Shown here: one piece after another, positions 37,000 through 50,002 of the stretch | How positions within the stretch are numbered: the first letter of the stretch is position 1 | Layout of the letters: each line of letters starts with the position of its first letter | Source of the DNA: Eledone cirrhosa | Taxonomy: Eukaryota | Direction: 5' to 3' | NCBI GenBank assembly: GCA_964016885.1 | Contig: OZ024741.1 | Location: 132,866,001-132,930,000 of the forward strand | Length of the DNA: 64,000 bases | The notes under the pieces: model-generated | The model's database searches: none | The model's input: only the letters and a program-made list of their open reading frames with translations | Told to the model about the DNA's origin: nothing | Program-made: the position numbers and the translations under genes

Positions 37000-37790
37000 G
37001 AGGTGGATTGACAGTATCGGCAGAGCATCAAACAACATGCTTTGCAGCATATGATACGTCCCTTTACATTCTGATTTCAAATCCTGCCAAGGTTAGCTTT
37101 GCCTTTCAAAGTACCAGTTGATAAATTAAAGTACCAGTAATGCACCAGGGTCGTTTTAATCAACTTTCCTCTGCCCCAAGATTATAGGCCATGTGCCTAA
37201 ATCAGAAACCATTATTACATACTTGAGGCATCTAATTATGATAGTTTACCTTCTAGGTTCAAATTCCACCAAGGTCAACTTTGCCTGTTATTCTTGTAGG
37301 GTGAATATAATAAAGTAGCAGTCATGTACTGAGGATTAATGTAATCCACTTCCCTTCCCCTCTCCTCTCAAATTGCTGGCTTTGTGCCTGAATTTTTATT
37401 TTATGCACAAGGTCAGCAATTATGAGAAGTTAGGAGAGTGGATTAAATCAACCCCAGTGCTTGACCAGTACATTATTCTATTGATCTCGAAAGGATGAAA
37501 GGCAAAGTTGAGCTTGGCTGGAATTCAACACAAAACAAAGAGACAGAAAAAATACCACAAAGCACTTCATCTAACATCCAAATAATAGCACAAGGTCAAC
37601 AATTTGGGAAGAGGGGAAAGTTGATTAAATCAACCCCAGTGCATAAATGGTGCTTTATTTTATTGAACCCATAAAGATGAAAAGCAAAGCTAATGTCAGC
37701 TGATTTGAACTCAGAACGTAAAAGGCCAAAATTATATGCCACAAAGCATGTTGTCCAATGCTCTACCAATACTGACAATCCAACCAAATA
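37000..37790. mobile_element. Cluster of four Meta/MESC-like SINEs, two plus then two minus
   Basis: Plus copies at ~37000-37215 and 37255-37392; minus copies at ~37404-37580 and 37589-37790 (GATGAAAGGCAAAG, GATTTGAACTC). Confidence 0.8.
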
Positions 37791-38009
37791 TTAACAATAA
37801 TAAAATAAACTATTTTATAATTAGAATTGTTAATTTAGAATCAGAACACTTACTATTTTATATTTTACACTTTTAACAATTACTTCTTTTTTTTAATTAA
37901 AAACAAATAATGTGTTCTTTCAACCAGAGCCATGTCCACTTTGAATTTCCACAGTTAGTATTGGGGCAGATGAAGTGTCAATAAGTATTAGGACAGGAGG
38001 AGCGTCAAT

Positions 38010-38250
38010 GAATTAATTGTCATTACTACCACAGTTGAACATTCCTGACAAAGCCTCTCCACAATTCATGATTTTCCATTGCTCTTGGCAACTGCTACCT
38101 ACTGAGGTTTGTATCGTCTGAGAGTGGATAGATGAATGTTCAAGCAGGTCTTCCTCTACTGGGTCTGCCATGAGTTGGTTCTCACAATAGTAGCTTGTGT
38201 GTAACTTCTTGCTTACATATCCAGCAATGTCTTGCAAAATCTAAACATCT
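38010..38250 (-). mobile_element. 3' fragment of a third RTE-like family; homologue at ~45960-46210 (+), preceded by a 3 x 44-bp tandem repeat at 45826-45957
   Basis: Shared AGTAGAGGAAGACCTGCTTGAACATTCATC...TGAATTGTGGAGA...TTTGTCAGGAATGTT; RGRP-type LINE C-terminus. Confidence 0.65.
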
Positions 38251-38462
38251 TTGAACAATTGTAGTTGTTATCTTATAGTTTAGGTCAATGATATAAATAC
38301 TGGGGCAGAAGGAGAATCAATGGATTAACTACACTTTAGGTTAATAATATACCCTATATACTCAGATATAAGTCAATCTGAATATAAGCCCACTATATCA
38401 TATCTGAGAAATGGGAAAAATCTAAACCCCATTTATAAGTCAAGGCAGCTAATTAACACAAT

Positions 38463-38725
38463 ATAGTTATACTTTGGGAGGGCCATGCTGCCAATCAAAA
38501 CACACACCTGTTGGTTTTCACTTCAATTTATTATAAATTTCTAGTTGGTTGGTTGGTTCAATAAGATAACCGGATGGTTGTTTATATATTGTCAAAGCTC
38601 TTTCGTCACACATTCTCTGGCCTCCTCAGTGACTGGGCTTTAATTTTGTGTCTCCCCTTTGTTCTGTCTTACACCATCTAGTTTTTGTGTGTTGTGCACT
38701 TGGCTTGCACATGCGTTACATCCAG
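38463..38725 (-). mobile_element. Second copy of the 1843-2165 PLE-like family, with a hammerhead fold at 38591-38633
   Basis: Minus strand reads GTCA CTGAGGAG GCCAGA gaatg TGTGAC GAAA GAGC TT TGAC (stem II partly decayed). Shares the end TATACTTTGGGAGGG; adjacent to (GT)n/(TA)n. Confidence 0.6.
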
Positions 38726-38761
38726 GTGTGTGTGTGTGTTTTTATTTATTTATTTATGTGT

Positions 38762-38793
<32 letters not shown>

Positions 38794-41700
38794 CAGAAAG
38801 TTATTGACTCAATTTATTCAGTTATTCAGTTAATTAGTAGTTCTAGTCACCTGACTAGAAGCACCGTTTTCTTACAAGTCTGTATTGTCTTTAAGCAAAA
38901 ACCTTTATCAAATGGGATACATCAATGAAATATGTAGCATGTTACTCCAAAACACAACCACTTGAATATCTGTTAACATTTGAAGCCAATTACAGGTTGT
39001 GCACGCATGTGTGTGCATACACACACAAAGCGAATACATTCGTCTTAAATTCAATTTGTTCTGTTCCTGAGAAATGAATGAAATAAGTTGATGCCTCAAG
39101 CTTAAAATAACCTTCAAATGTAAACCCTGGAATATAAGTCCAATCATACACAACCTTAACGTCAGTCTAAATCAACACGAGTATAAATGATTCTATGCAG
39201 GGTCCTGTAATTCCAGAGGAAATTATAAGGGTGCCGCATTGAAATACTGCATTTCTAGGGCAGTTTTTAAACCTGGCAGCATCCATTCCTCACCAGCAGA
39301 TTTCTTCCAGAGAAGGATAGAGAGAATGGAAGTGAGAAAGAGATATAGAGGAAGAATTGACACCAGTACAAGACTGGTACTTTTTTATCAACCTTGAATC
39401 GCTGAAAGACAAAGTTGAACTCGGAGAGCAGAGAGCTGAAATGAATACTGCAAAGCATTCTATCCGATGTTCTAACAACTCTCCAATTCGTTACCATAAA
39501 TGATTAAATTTGGTCTAAGAACAGAAAAGAAACTAGTTTTAGATGTTAAACTAAACAACAGACAAGTATGACCATATTTCAATCAGGGTTTTAAGTGCCC
39601 ATCAAATCATAGCAATAAGAGACACCCTCTCAGGTGCCCATGCAATCATGAGCAAACAGAAACACCTTCTCAACTTTCACTCCTTTGTTCCAAGAGAACA
39701 ACCAATATGTGACAGTCGGAAGAAAAAAAGGACCATACCAACACTGGGCTGGTTCTCTCTTTACCAAATCTGAAAGGATGAAAGGCAACTTAGACCTTAG
39801 TGGGTTTTAACTCACAAGATAGAAAGCTAGAAGAAATATCCAACACTAACAATGCTGCCAAATCAACTGACTTAACTTAAATGTTAGGATGTCTCAAACA
39901 TGTCTTCACATAGAGCCAATGTGAGGCATGATGCCCATGTTGGGCTACTAAAAACATAACCATGTGCTCAAATACTACTATACCCACTGTTGTACCCCTG
40001 CACAAAACACATAACCATTAGGCCCAATGTAAATAAGGAAGCGACAGTTGGGTTAGTGGCTATAAGTAAGAGAGAGGGTGAGCACTTTGACAATAGTTGT
40101 AATTCAAAAAGCCAGTCTTGTTACACTCAGTGTCATTCTGATATTGTCAGTCTTAGGACTATGTTAAAAGTACAAGCATATATGGCATACACATCATCAT
40201 CACTATTTTACATCCCTTTTCATACTAGCATGGGTTCAATGAGTTGTGACGTTCTGAGATTTCACAAGTCAGAATACGACATGTTGTTCATGTTTTATTT
40301 TAATATGGTCTCTACAACTGGATACCTTCCATAACACCAACACCACCACTTTACAGTGTTACACTATAATTCAATAAATAGGTAGCTCTATTGATTGAAC
40401 AACTGAAAATACTTATCTGCAAAACTGATGATTTCCTCAGCCGGATACCGTTCGTAACACCAACCAATTTACAGAGTGCACTGGGTGCATTTTATCATGA
40501 CACCAAAACCACCACTTTACAGTGTTACACTATAATTCAATAAAGAGGTAGCTCAGTTGATTGAACAACAGAAAATACTTCTTTACAAAACTGATGCAGT
40601 TACTGTTACTTTACATACGAGAAAAACAAGTCAATATCACTGAAATTTTTTTTTAGGTCTTAGATATTTTGTGAGATAAATTCCAAACATTGATTTCTTA
40701 CATAGACACATAGCTTCAAATTAGTCTATTATATTGACACCAATATTTCACTGGTATTACATTTTACCCTATCCCACCTCTCTCAGAAAGATACATGCGA
40801 AGTATTATACATTGAGATGCTACTTTGGATGGAGAATACTTTATATTCTACAGACAAAATAAATGAAAATCGATGAAAGAGTGTTTGTTAACTTAATAAT
40901 ACCCATAAATATATTAAGTGATACTGACTCTCCATCAAAGTAGAGAATAAAAATAGTTATATCACTCTAAAGAGCCACATATTAAGAAAAGATATATATG
41001 GATGCTAATACTAAACTTTGGTCAAATAGCCACTTTTCAAGAATAATTTTCCTTTCTTTTGACAAAGAATAAAGCTGTATTTTCTAAAGAGTTCTTTAAA
41101 GAAGAAACTTGTATTTTGTTTTGTTTTGTTTTGTTTTGTTTTACCCCCCACCGCTCAAAAAAAGAAAAAAATGAAAATGTACTCTAATGATATAATATAC
41201 AAGAGAAAAAATACTACTGCTGAAAGCTATTAAGGATGAGTTGTTGAAGTAATTCTAGGAATAAAAGATTTCTTTTGCTTAAACACAATAGATTTCTGTA
41301 GAGGATATACACAACAGTTGATACCAACCTCATTATATTACTGGTACTTATTTCAGATACACACAAAAAAGAAAGGCAACAATTGTTCCTGGAAAGATCT
41401 GATCCTCCAACAAGTCAGATAGAAAATTATACATTATAAGGCCAACTAACCCAGTTTTTTTAACACAGTATTAACAATAGTGTCCATTAAAGTAATTCTA
41501 TGAATGCTTACACGTTGGAGAAAGAGTGGGGCTTAAATGGTTGGAGAGAAAAGTCTGCTGAATAGTGTGATCTTAGCCATTTATATCATATATTTACTAT
41601 AAAATAGCTTTGTAATAAAATATACTCAGCAAATGCTACTACAAAAAAGAATATTTATGGAGTCAATAATTAGCTTATGCTCTAGAAAGGAGTTCTCCAC

Positions 41701-42903
41701 CCCAGGAAAGCATGAGAAAGCATGGAAAAGCAGATGTATGATGAGGAGGATAATGATGATTACAGCAAAGTATACATAAGAAATAGTGTGCAATAATAAT
41801 TTGGGTTACATATATAATATCAGTTTATGAAGGAGATTATGTGAAGGTGTGCAGTCTAGTGGTTAGGGCATTGGTCATATGATCCTAAGATCTTTGGTTT
41901 GATCCTGGGAGAAAGTAACACATTGTGACCTTGAGCAAGACACTTCATATTGCTCCAACTGTCTCAGCTGAAAAGAATGAGTAACAGCATTAGCTGAGGG
42001 TCAATCACTTGACTCAATATGAACCTAGGATAAGCTCTTGGCTCCATATGAAGCTGAGATAAGCTATGACCTATTAACCTTCTAGGCTCAAGAAAGACTT
42101 GATTAAACATATCAGAGAAATGATGCATGTGAATATAAAGAAATAGTGGACACAACATGGCCGAATGGTTAGGAAGTTTTCTTTGCGATAATTGGGTCCC
42201 AGCTTTGACCCACTGTGTGGAATCTTAGGTAAGTGTTATTTACCATAACCTCAGGTCAACCCAAGCCCTGTGAGTGAAACTGGGTAGATGGAATTAATAC
42301 AGAAGTCTATCAAACGGACTGTATCCATAGTTCAAAAAGCTAGCCTTGTCACACACTGTGTTATGGTGAATTTCCAAGGGAATTATGTTAAGAGTACACA
42401 TGTCTGTGGAATATTCAGCCACTTACATATTAATTCATGTGTACACTGTTCTGTTAATCGTATTTATCACACTTTATCACTATCCATTTTAAAAAATACA
42501 CAAAAATATTGAATGCAGAATGTTAGGTTCTTACACAATTATAGTGCCCCTTTCATTGTCATCAGCTAACTATACTACCTGACGGCAATAAATTGCCCAA
42601 ATAAGGACAAAAACAAAGTAAAGAACAAAAAAGAAAAAAAAAATGAAAAATTAAATTAGTGCAAGGACAAATTCTTAAAAGAAAGTTATGGGAAAGTTAG
42701 TTGAGTTTAGTTCGCAGCTAAAGCTAAATACGCTTGTCAACTTGGCAAGAATAATAGCTCCTTGACCAAAGGTTATGCTAACTGAAAATATTGTCAGCAG
42801 ATGAAAAGAATAAGAATGGACTTCTAAGGATGTAAATTCTATAGGACAAAAAATACACTTGAAGAAGCTAAGATTAACACAAACAACACATAATCAACAC
42901 ACA

Positions 42904-42955
<52 letters not shown>

Positions 42956-43089
42956 TTTATAATGATCTATTTTTAGAAAAGTTGAGTGGATATGTATTTA
43001 TTGAACATTTAGAAATTTCAAGGGATTTTTTTTTTTTTTTTTAAGGAATGAAAAATAGTCAAACAAATTGGGCACAACAGTTCCTGAAC

Positions 43090-43143
<54 letters not shown>

Positions 43144-43243
43144 CGATGATGCCAACTTTCACTGTTCAGGAGCTGTTATACCAAATTTTTTTAGACTATT
43201 TTTTTATACTCTCTCCCTCCTACCAGGGAAAGCAGACATTAAG

Positions 43244-44216
43244 TGATCATCATCATCATCACTGTTTTACATCCATTCTTCCATGCTAGCATGGCTTAGA
43301 CGGGTTGTCCTGTTGTGGGCAGTGCCCGGTCGGCTGACCTTGTCTTGCTCATACGGGAACTGATTTTGGCTCGATTTCTACAGCGGATGCCCTTCCTAAC
43401 ACCAACCTCATTTACAGTGAGTGGTGGGTGCTTTTTTTCCATGGCTCCTACACAACCACTTTACAGTGTGGGCTGGGTGCTTTTTTGCTCCACAACCACT
43501 TTTCAGTGCGATGGGGTGGGGGCATATTGTCAATATGCTTCAGCCTCGGCTTGTACCCGTGGGAAGTCGGGTCTTCTGTATTACTGTGTGACGCCAGAGG
43601 TCACAGTCCTGCGTCATCTCCTTTGAGAGGTGTAATTGGGTAAGGTCGGCTTTTGTCACCTCATCCCAGGTCTTCTTGGGTCTCCCCACTCTGCGGCTTC
43701 CATCGACTTCTAGTGCTCTGCACCTTTGTATGCAGCTGTCATCCTTCATACGCATTAAATGGCCATACCAACGTAACCTCCTTTCTTGCACACAGCATTT
43801 GATTCCTCTTATGCTCAGTCTCTCTCTCTCAATTCGTTTATGCTTTGCCATTTGCATATATTACTATCACACATCCATCGGAGCATGCAAGCTTCATTTT
43901 TTTCTATTCTATGCAAGTCTTCTACACACAACTCCCAGGTCTCACTACCATGTAACATTGCTGTTCGTATGCACGCATCATACAGTCTGCCTTTCATTTT
44001 GAGGGAAAAGCCTTTTGCAGCTAGCAGTGGTAGTAGCTCCCTGAACTTCTTCCATCTCGTTCTTACCTTGGCTACTGTACTTTCCGAACACCCACCTCCA
44101 CTGCTAATTCGGTCACCTAGGTAACAGAAGCTGTCTACTGTTTCTACAGAGCCCTCCCAGAGTTTGGTGGTGTTTGTTTCCTGTGGCCAATTGTTGCTTG
44201 CTGTCCCGATGCAGCT
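43244..44216 (-). mobile_element. RTE-clade LINE copy 4, 3' ~1 kb with 3' UTR and (GAT)n tail
   Basis: Minus-strand ORFs 43815-44231 and 43540-43857 (FCYLGD, LRWYGHLMR) closely match copy 3. Confidence 0.93.
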
Positions 44217-44754
44217 CCACTGGGAGGTCAACTGGGAAGCTCATGATTATCTCATTCTTCGACAGCAAGAGCATCATCTACATCAACTGGGTCCCCCACG
44301 GCCAGACAGTCAACAAAAAGTAGAGGCTTTGAGGTAGTTCATTGCAAGAGACCAGAACTCTTCAAGTCTGGTCAGTGGCACCTGCACCAGGACAATGCCC
44401 CCTGCTACAAATCCACCCTGGTGACTAACTACTTGGCTGATATGGAGATCAAGACTATCCCTCAGTCCAGGCTTAGCCCCATGCGACTTCTGGATGTTCC
44501 TGGAGTTGATGGAGAAACTCAGGAGTATCCGCTTTGAGGATGTGGAGGGGATGAAGGAGGCTGTGACAAATGCCCTGAACACCTTCACTTTGGAGGACTA
44601 CAAGGGGACCTTCCAGAAGTGACTGGAGTACTACAACAACTTCATTGAAGTTGGGGGCATCCTACTTTGAAGGAGACTAGAGAGTTTTGCATTGATCTGA
44701 GTTAAATAAATGTCTCTCCGATAAAAGTCCTCAAAACCTCTTGAGTGTACCTCG
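44217..44754 (+). pseudogene. Mariner transposase relic (C-terminal half) with right TIR
   Basis: Reads HLHQDNAP and LSPGLAPCDFWMF...RFEDVEGMKEAV, matching the mariner HDNA and YSPDLAP.DF motifs; in-frame stop and frameshifts; ends ...GTGTACCTCG|TA. Confidence 0.85.
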
Positions 44755-47182
44755 TATATAATAATTTCTGTCACAATATAATATATAGAAGGTAACCTTC
44801 TAATATATAAATAACAATTATTTCAAATTCATCTGTACCTCTGTCAGTTGTTTTGAAAATCCAGAGACGAAGGAAGTAAAACTGGACACTACTTTCCTAA
44901 TTATTTACAATCTTTTCTCTAAACCAGATATTTCTACAATTACAACTCAACCATCTGTCCTGTCTGATTTTTAACAATACAAGAAAGAAATTTTAACCGT
45001 TTAGTGTTCAAACCGGCCAGAATTCTCTACCTCTTTCTGTTGAAACTGGCTGTAACTGGTCGTTCAAACTGATGTTAAGGTATTGTTCTCAAAATAAATA
45101 CCTTCAAAATCTCATAGATTCGATATTATGTGAGATAATTATGTGAGGTAAAGCCTTTACCATGAAAATATAACAGTATAAATAGAGTAATGTGAATGCT
45201 AAAGAGTTAAACAAGTTCTGTTGGTAGAAATGTCACAGCTATGTCATAGTGAAATCAAACCTATTCTCACTCAATAGAGAGATTAACTGCCAACATTTAA
45301 TGTAATATGTGGGTGTCACAATAAAAACAAGTTACAATGACGGAAAAAAATGTGTCTAAGGAAAGAGACATTGTAAATATTTTTTTGTAAGACTGTTTCT
45401 ATTGACAATATCTTTTTAATGTAACCTGTTGCTATGGAGATCATTTAGTACAATGGTTGCAAGGACTGGCAATCAAATTTGTTCGTGAAATAAACATATT
45501 ACTTTATATGAAGTATTGTATGATATATGGTTATTATGATTGTTTGGGGAAACTGATACAATGCAAATTAGAAATACATAGGTAAAAACAATAAAATAAG
45601 GAAAATATAACAGAACAACACTTTTTAACTATATTTGATTATATCTCGTGGATTGGACTATTTTTTCAAAAGAAAGGAAATGGGGTGTGATGTTCACAGC
45701 AAGATATTGTTACCAATTGTCCCAATGACATTTATTTCAAAATATCTGAAAATTTTAGAATACACAAGTTAAAACAACAATTTCTGATACTTATGTTTGA
45801 TGGCAAAGCACAAAAGATAAAATTAACACTCACTCTTGGTACTTTGCAAATGAAGTGAGGATACAGCTTACACTCACTCTTGGTACTTTGCAAATGAAGT
45901 GAGGATACAGCTAACACTCATTCTTGGTACCTTGCAAATAAAGTGAGGATACAGCTGGGTGATTTGCTAATACCTTCGCCAAGCACTACAGAATGATTTT
46001 AGCCTAATACTATAAACAAATTAAATACTTGGTGCTACTATTGTGGGAAGCAACTCGTAAGAGACACAGTAGAGGAAGACCTGCTTGAACATTCATCGAT
46101 CAACTCTCAGATGAAACAAATCTCAGCAGGGAACAGTTGTCAAAAACAATAGAAAATTGTGAATTGTGGAGACTTTGTCAGGAATGTTTGACTGTGGTCA
46201 CAATGATGATATACAGTAAACCAACTACATTTCCATTGTACCTATTTTATACAGCTATATAACAGATACAAAATTATATATATTGAATAAACTGAGGAAT
46301 AGCAATTCAATGTAAAAGATACAAAAGGTCACCACTTCTATAACCTAGTTGAGAGCACCATGATATTTATGCATATTTATTTCAAGAGGCTAACATGGCT
46401 GTAAGTTGGATTTGCAATCACATGATTCTAGGTAGGAATCCACTATGGGAAGTGTCTTCTATCATAGCTTCAGATTGACCAATGTTTTGTAAGATGAATT
46501 TTGTAGGTAGAAATTGTGCAGAAACCTGAGAAAATATGTAAGTGTATGTACATGTGTGTGTGTGTGTGCTTTGTAGACAGAAATTGTGCAAAAACCTGTC
46601 AAATATGTAAGTGTATGAACATGTGTGTGTGTGTTCATGTATGTATGTGTACATCTTTTTGTGGAAGTGAATTTTTCAACAAAAGATGTAAACATTAGTG
46701 AGAAAACTGATAAAGCAGTGCATTTGAACAGTAATATGCTGCCCTATTTATTCCCTGTGAGTTACACAGATACTTCCTCATTTCATCACTGTAAATGCAA
46801 TGAACTAATGATATTGTTTACAAAACCTGATATAATTATTTTTGAAAAAAAAAATATATATATATATAGAGAGAGAGAGAGGGATATATATATATATATA
46901 TAGTACCATAGAACAACCACTATTATAGACACCATATATATTTCCGTGGGTACTTAGTACCTACTGGAATATCTATACCATTTATCTGAATTCTCCTTAA
47001 TGTAGAGAAAAAAATGTATCATGCTGCTATTTCTAGCAACATGAAATATCAACGAGTCTATAATTCCCGCTTTTTCTAACGGCCCATTTGTGTGTGGGTC
47101 ATTTTAACGGCTGGATTCATTCACTGGGCAGAAAGCGATACATCTACATCTACGTGGATTTATATCTAGTAGGTTTGGAAAA

Positions 47183-47262
47183 GCTATCTGAAGAGCTATA
47201 TCTTTCCATTGGAAATTCTCTGAATTTCCAATCTTTTGATAAGCGAAACCGTCGGTCATGGC
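47183..47262 (+). ncRNA. Type I hammerhead ribozyme with canonical core, within a PLE-like fragment (~46903-47337) between TA arrays
   Basis: Stem I GCTAT/ATGGC; CTGAAGA (47188-47194); stem II GCT..AGC extended by a perfect 11-bp hairpin ATTGGAAATTC/GAATTTCCAAT; GAAA (47245-47248); stem III CC-GTC-GG; GTC triplet with predicted cleavage after C47257. Confidence 0.75.
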
Positions 47263-47459
47263 ATTAGAAGAGGTAAATATTTAAATCGTATTTTAATTTA
47301 TTTAAAAGATTGTTTAATGTTTACTTGTTCCACTCGTATATATATATATATATATATAAGCGATGAAATGCCTACGACGGTTGGAAGGCCACTGATGAAG
47401 GACAAACTTTTTCATATGTAACCCATTTGCAACGCCGCAGCTCCATTATTATCATATTT

Positions 47460-47502
<43 letters not shown>

Positions 47503-50002
47503 CTCTTTATCCCTTTCATTGCAACCTCTACACTTCAGTTGTCAGAGCAAGTGTTTTATCTTCAATAGCACAACTTGTCTGCACTGAATATATCCTATTT
47601 ATTCTAGGCAATGTTATATTTAACATTTTCACAATCTTAAAACAATCCACATACTCAGACACTTGCTTACTACAACTAGACAAGTTGAATATTTATGACA
47701 TTAACTTTTAACCGATTGTACCACATGAAATCACATTAGCAAAGCATTTTTCAAAAATACAAAACAAAATAACTGCATCACATTAAAAATTGAAGACTTT
47801 ATTCTAATATTGCAAATTTTCACAACATTCTATCTAATAGTAAAGATACTATGAACATTTGAATTAACAAACCCATTTTTAGATATTTTCTGCTAAATTA
47901 TTATAGGATATTAATAAGATAAGAAATGAAAAATAAAATATCTAAAAAGTGAAACATATTTGTAAAGTGTGATTTTTACTAACTAATCAATGGATAGAAA
48001 TGTATATGAATAGATTCTCTTTCTCTCTCAACCCTTTCATTGCCATATTTCTAATAAAGGACGACTGCCTTTGGTTTTGAAAATAATCAAGAATTTGTAG
48101 GGATTTAGTAATATAACTATCTCTCTCATTAATTTGGTGTTTGGAACCCAACTTAATAAAAGTTCTTATGTAAAATTATGATGGTAGGTTTTAAAATAAA
48201 TATAAATATTTTACAAAAAACAGTTTTATATCACAAAACCCGGTTACATATCAAAATGATAAAAGTTAATAAATTACACAGGATATCAAATAGGAATGGC
48301 TATATTATAACAACAAAATGAAAAACTGTAAATCTATTACAGCCTTTATGTACACGACTTTCAAATATTTTTGAATTGTTCACATAAAACATAACAGTCA
48401 TGAAACTAAAACTTTAAATCTCCAACACTGAGTTATTTAATATTGAGTAATGTTGACCACATAACATAAATCAACCAGATAAGGATGTGGTGGGGTACAT
48501 GGTACTGGGGTGGTGATGGTAATGGCGGTGTTGTAATGGTGGTAATGAGTATTGGAAGACTTTCTTTTGTGGGTGAATATATGTTAAAATAAGTATATGT
48601 CTATGCCTATTTAGCGAAGCCAACTTCATTCCTCTAGTCAAGCTAAGAGCTAAAGTTTCATACTTCATATTTAAACAATCCAAGAATGAAATAAGATGCA
48701 CCAATTAGAAATTATTTAACGAATAATAATATTGCCCAGTCCCACACCTCTATTGAGATATTGAGCATATTCTGTTGATAAATATACAAAAATATCAGCA
48801 TAGGAAACAACTGACAAAATACCAGACCTCATTTGGTTACCAAGTTGGGTGGAATTCATCAAATGTTTCCATTGGCTTTTTCATTGCTGATACTATCTAC
48901 CAGTCACAGCTGGAAGAAAGAGCAACAAGAAATAAAGTGCCTTGATCAAGGACATAATGTATCGCCTGATTCAGGAATTGAACTCGCATCCTCATGATTG
49001 TGAATCCAACTCCCTAACCACAAAGCCCCATACCATCATTTGTTAGTGTAACCCAGTGAAAACATATACTTATCATTAAGAAATAATTCAGGTAAGAAGT
49101 TCAATATATAAAGGAAGCAGTTGTGCCATCAATCTTTGGGTTTTATCAAAGACACATAAATGGCTCCTTTCTTTAAATACAATATAAAAAAAATAATGGT
49201 TTCTGATATTTTTTTTAGTGGGTTGCGGGGAGGGGGTAAATCGACCCCAGTGCATTATTGGTACTTTAGTTTATCGACCCCACTCAAATCCCACCTCAGT
49301 GGGATTTGAACTAAATACAAAATAGAGATAATGAAATAATAAATATAAAAAATAATTATTAAAAAAATAAACCCAACTATTTATGAAAAGAAAAATGAGC
49401 TTTAGCAGTTCTTAACATATTAGAACTAGTCAATTTAGATTTGTTAAGATACATTAGCCTAGTTGCCTACACCCATAGCAATGAAACATTCATATAATGG
49501 AAATAAATACATATTTATTAGTCATTTAAAAAAGTAATGGCTTTAGTTTGTCATATCCACAACACAGTTATCAAAACATAATTTGATAGATTTAGAGATC
49601 ATATAGATGCAGGCATTGCTGTGTGGTTGACAAGTTTGCTCTGCAGCTGAATAGCTTCGGATTCAGTGAAACTGTGTGGCACATTGGAAAAGTGTCTTTT
49701 AAAAAAGCCTCAGACTGACTAATGTCTTGTGAGTGAATTTTGTAGGCAAAAACTGTGAAGAAGCTTGATATGTATGTGTATCATCATCATCATTGCTAGC
49801 ATGGGTTAGACGGGTTTGTCCTATTTAGAGACAAGTTGGGTCAGGTGACCGTGTCTTGCTCATATAGCACTGTTTCTGGCTTGTTTCCTACGAATAATGG
49901 ATGCCCTTCCTAACAGCAACTACATTTACAGTGTGTGTGTATATATATATATATATTCATTATGGCTAAATAGTGATTCTTGTTACTCTGGAGTTTCACC
50001 TG

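Noticed and set aside
49780-49935. Inverted LINE-tail sequence just upstream of copy 3, suggesting terminal inverted repeats
   Set aside because: Diverged from copy 3's own tail and separated from it by a microsatellite; best explained as an independent older tail fragment.
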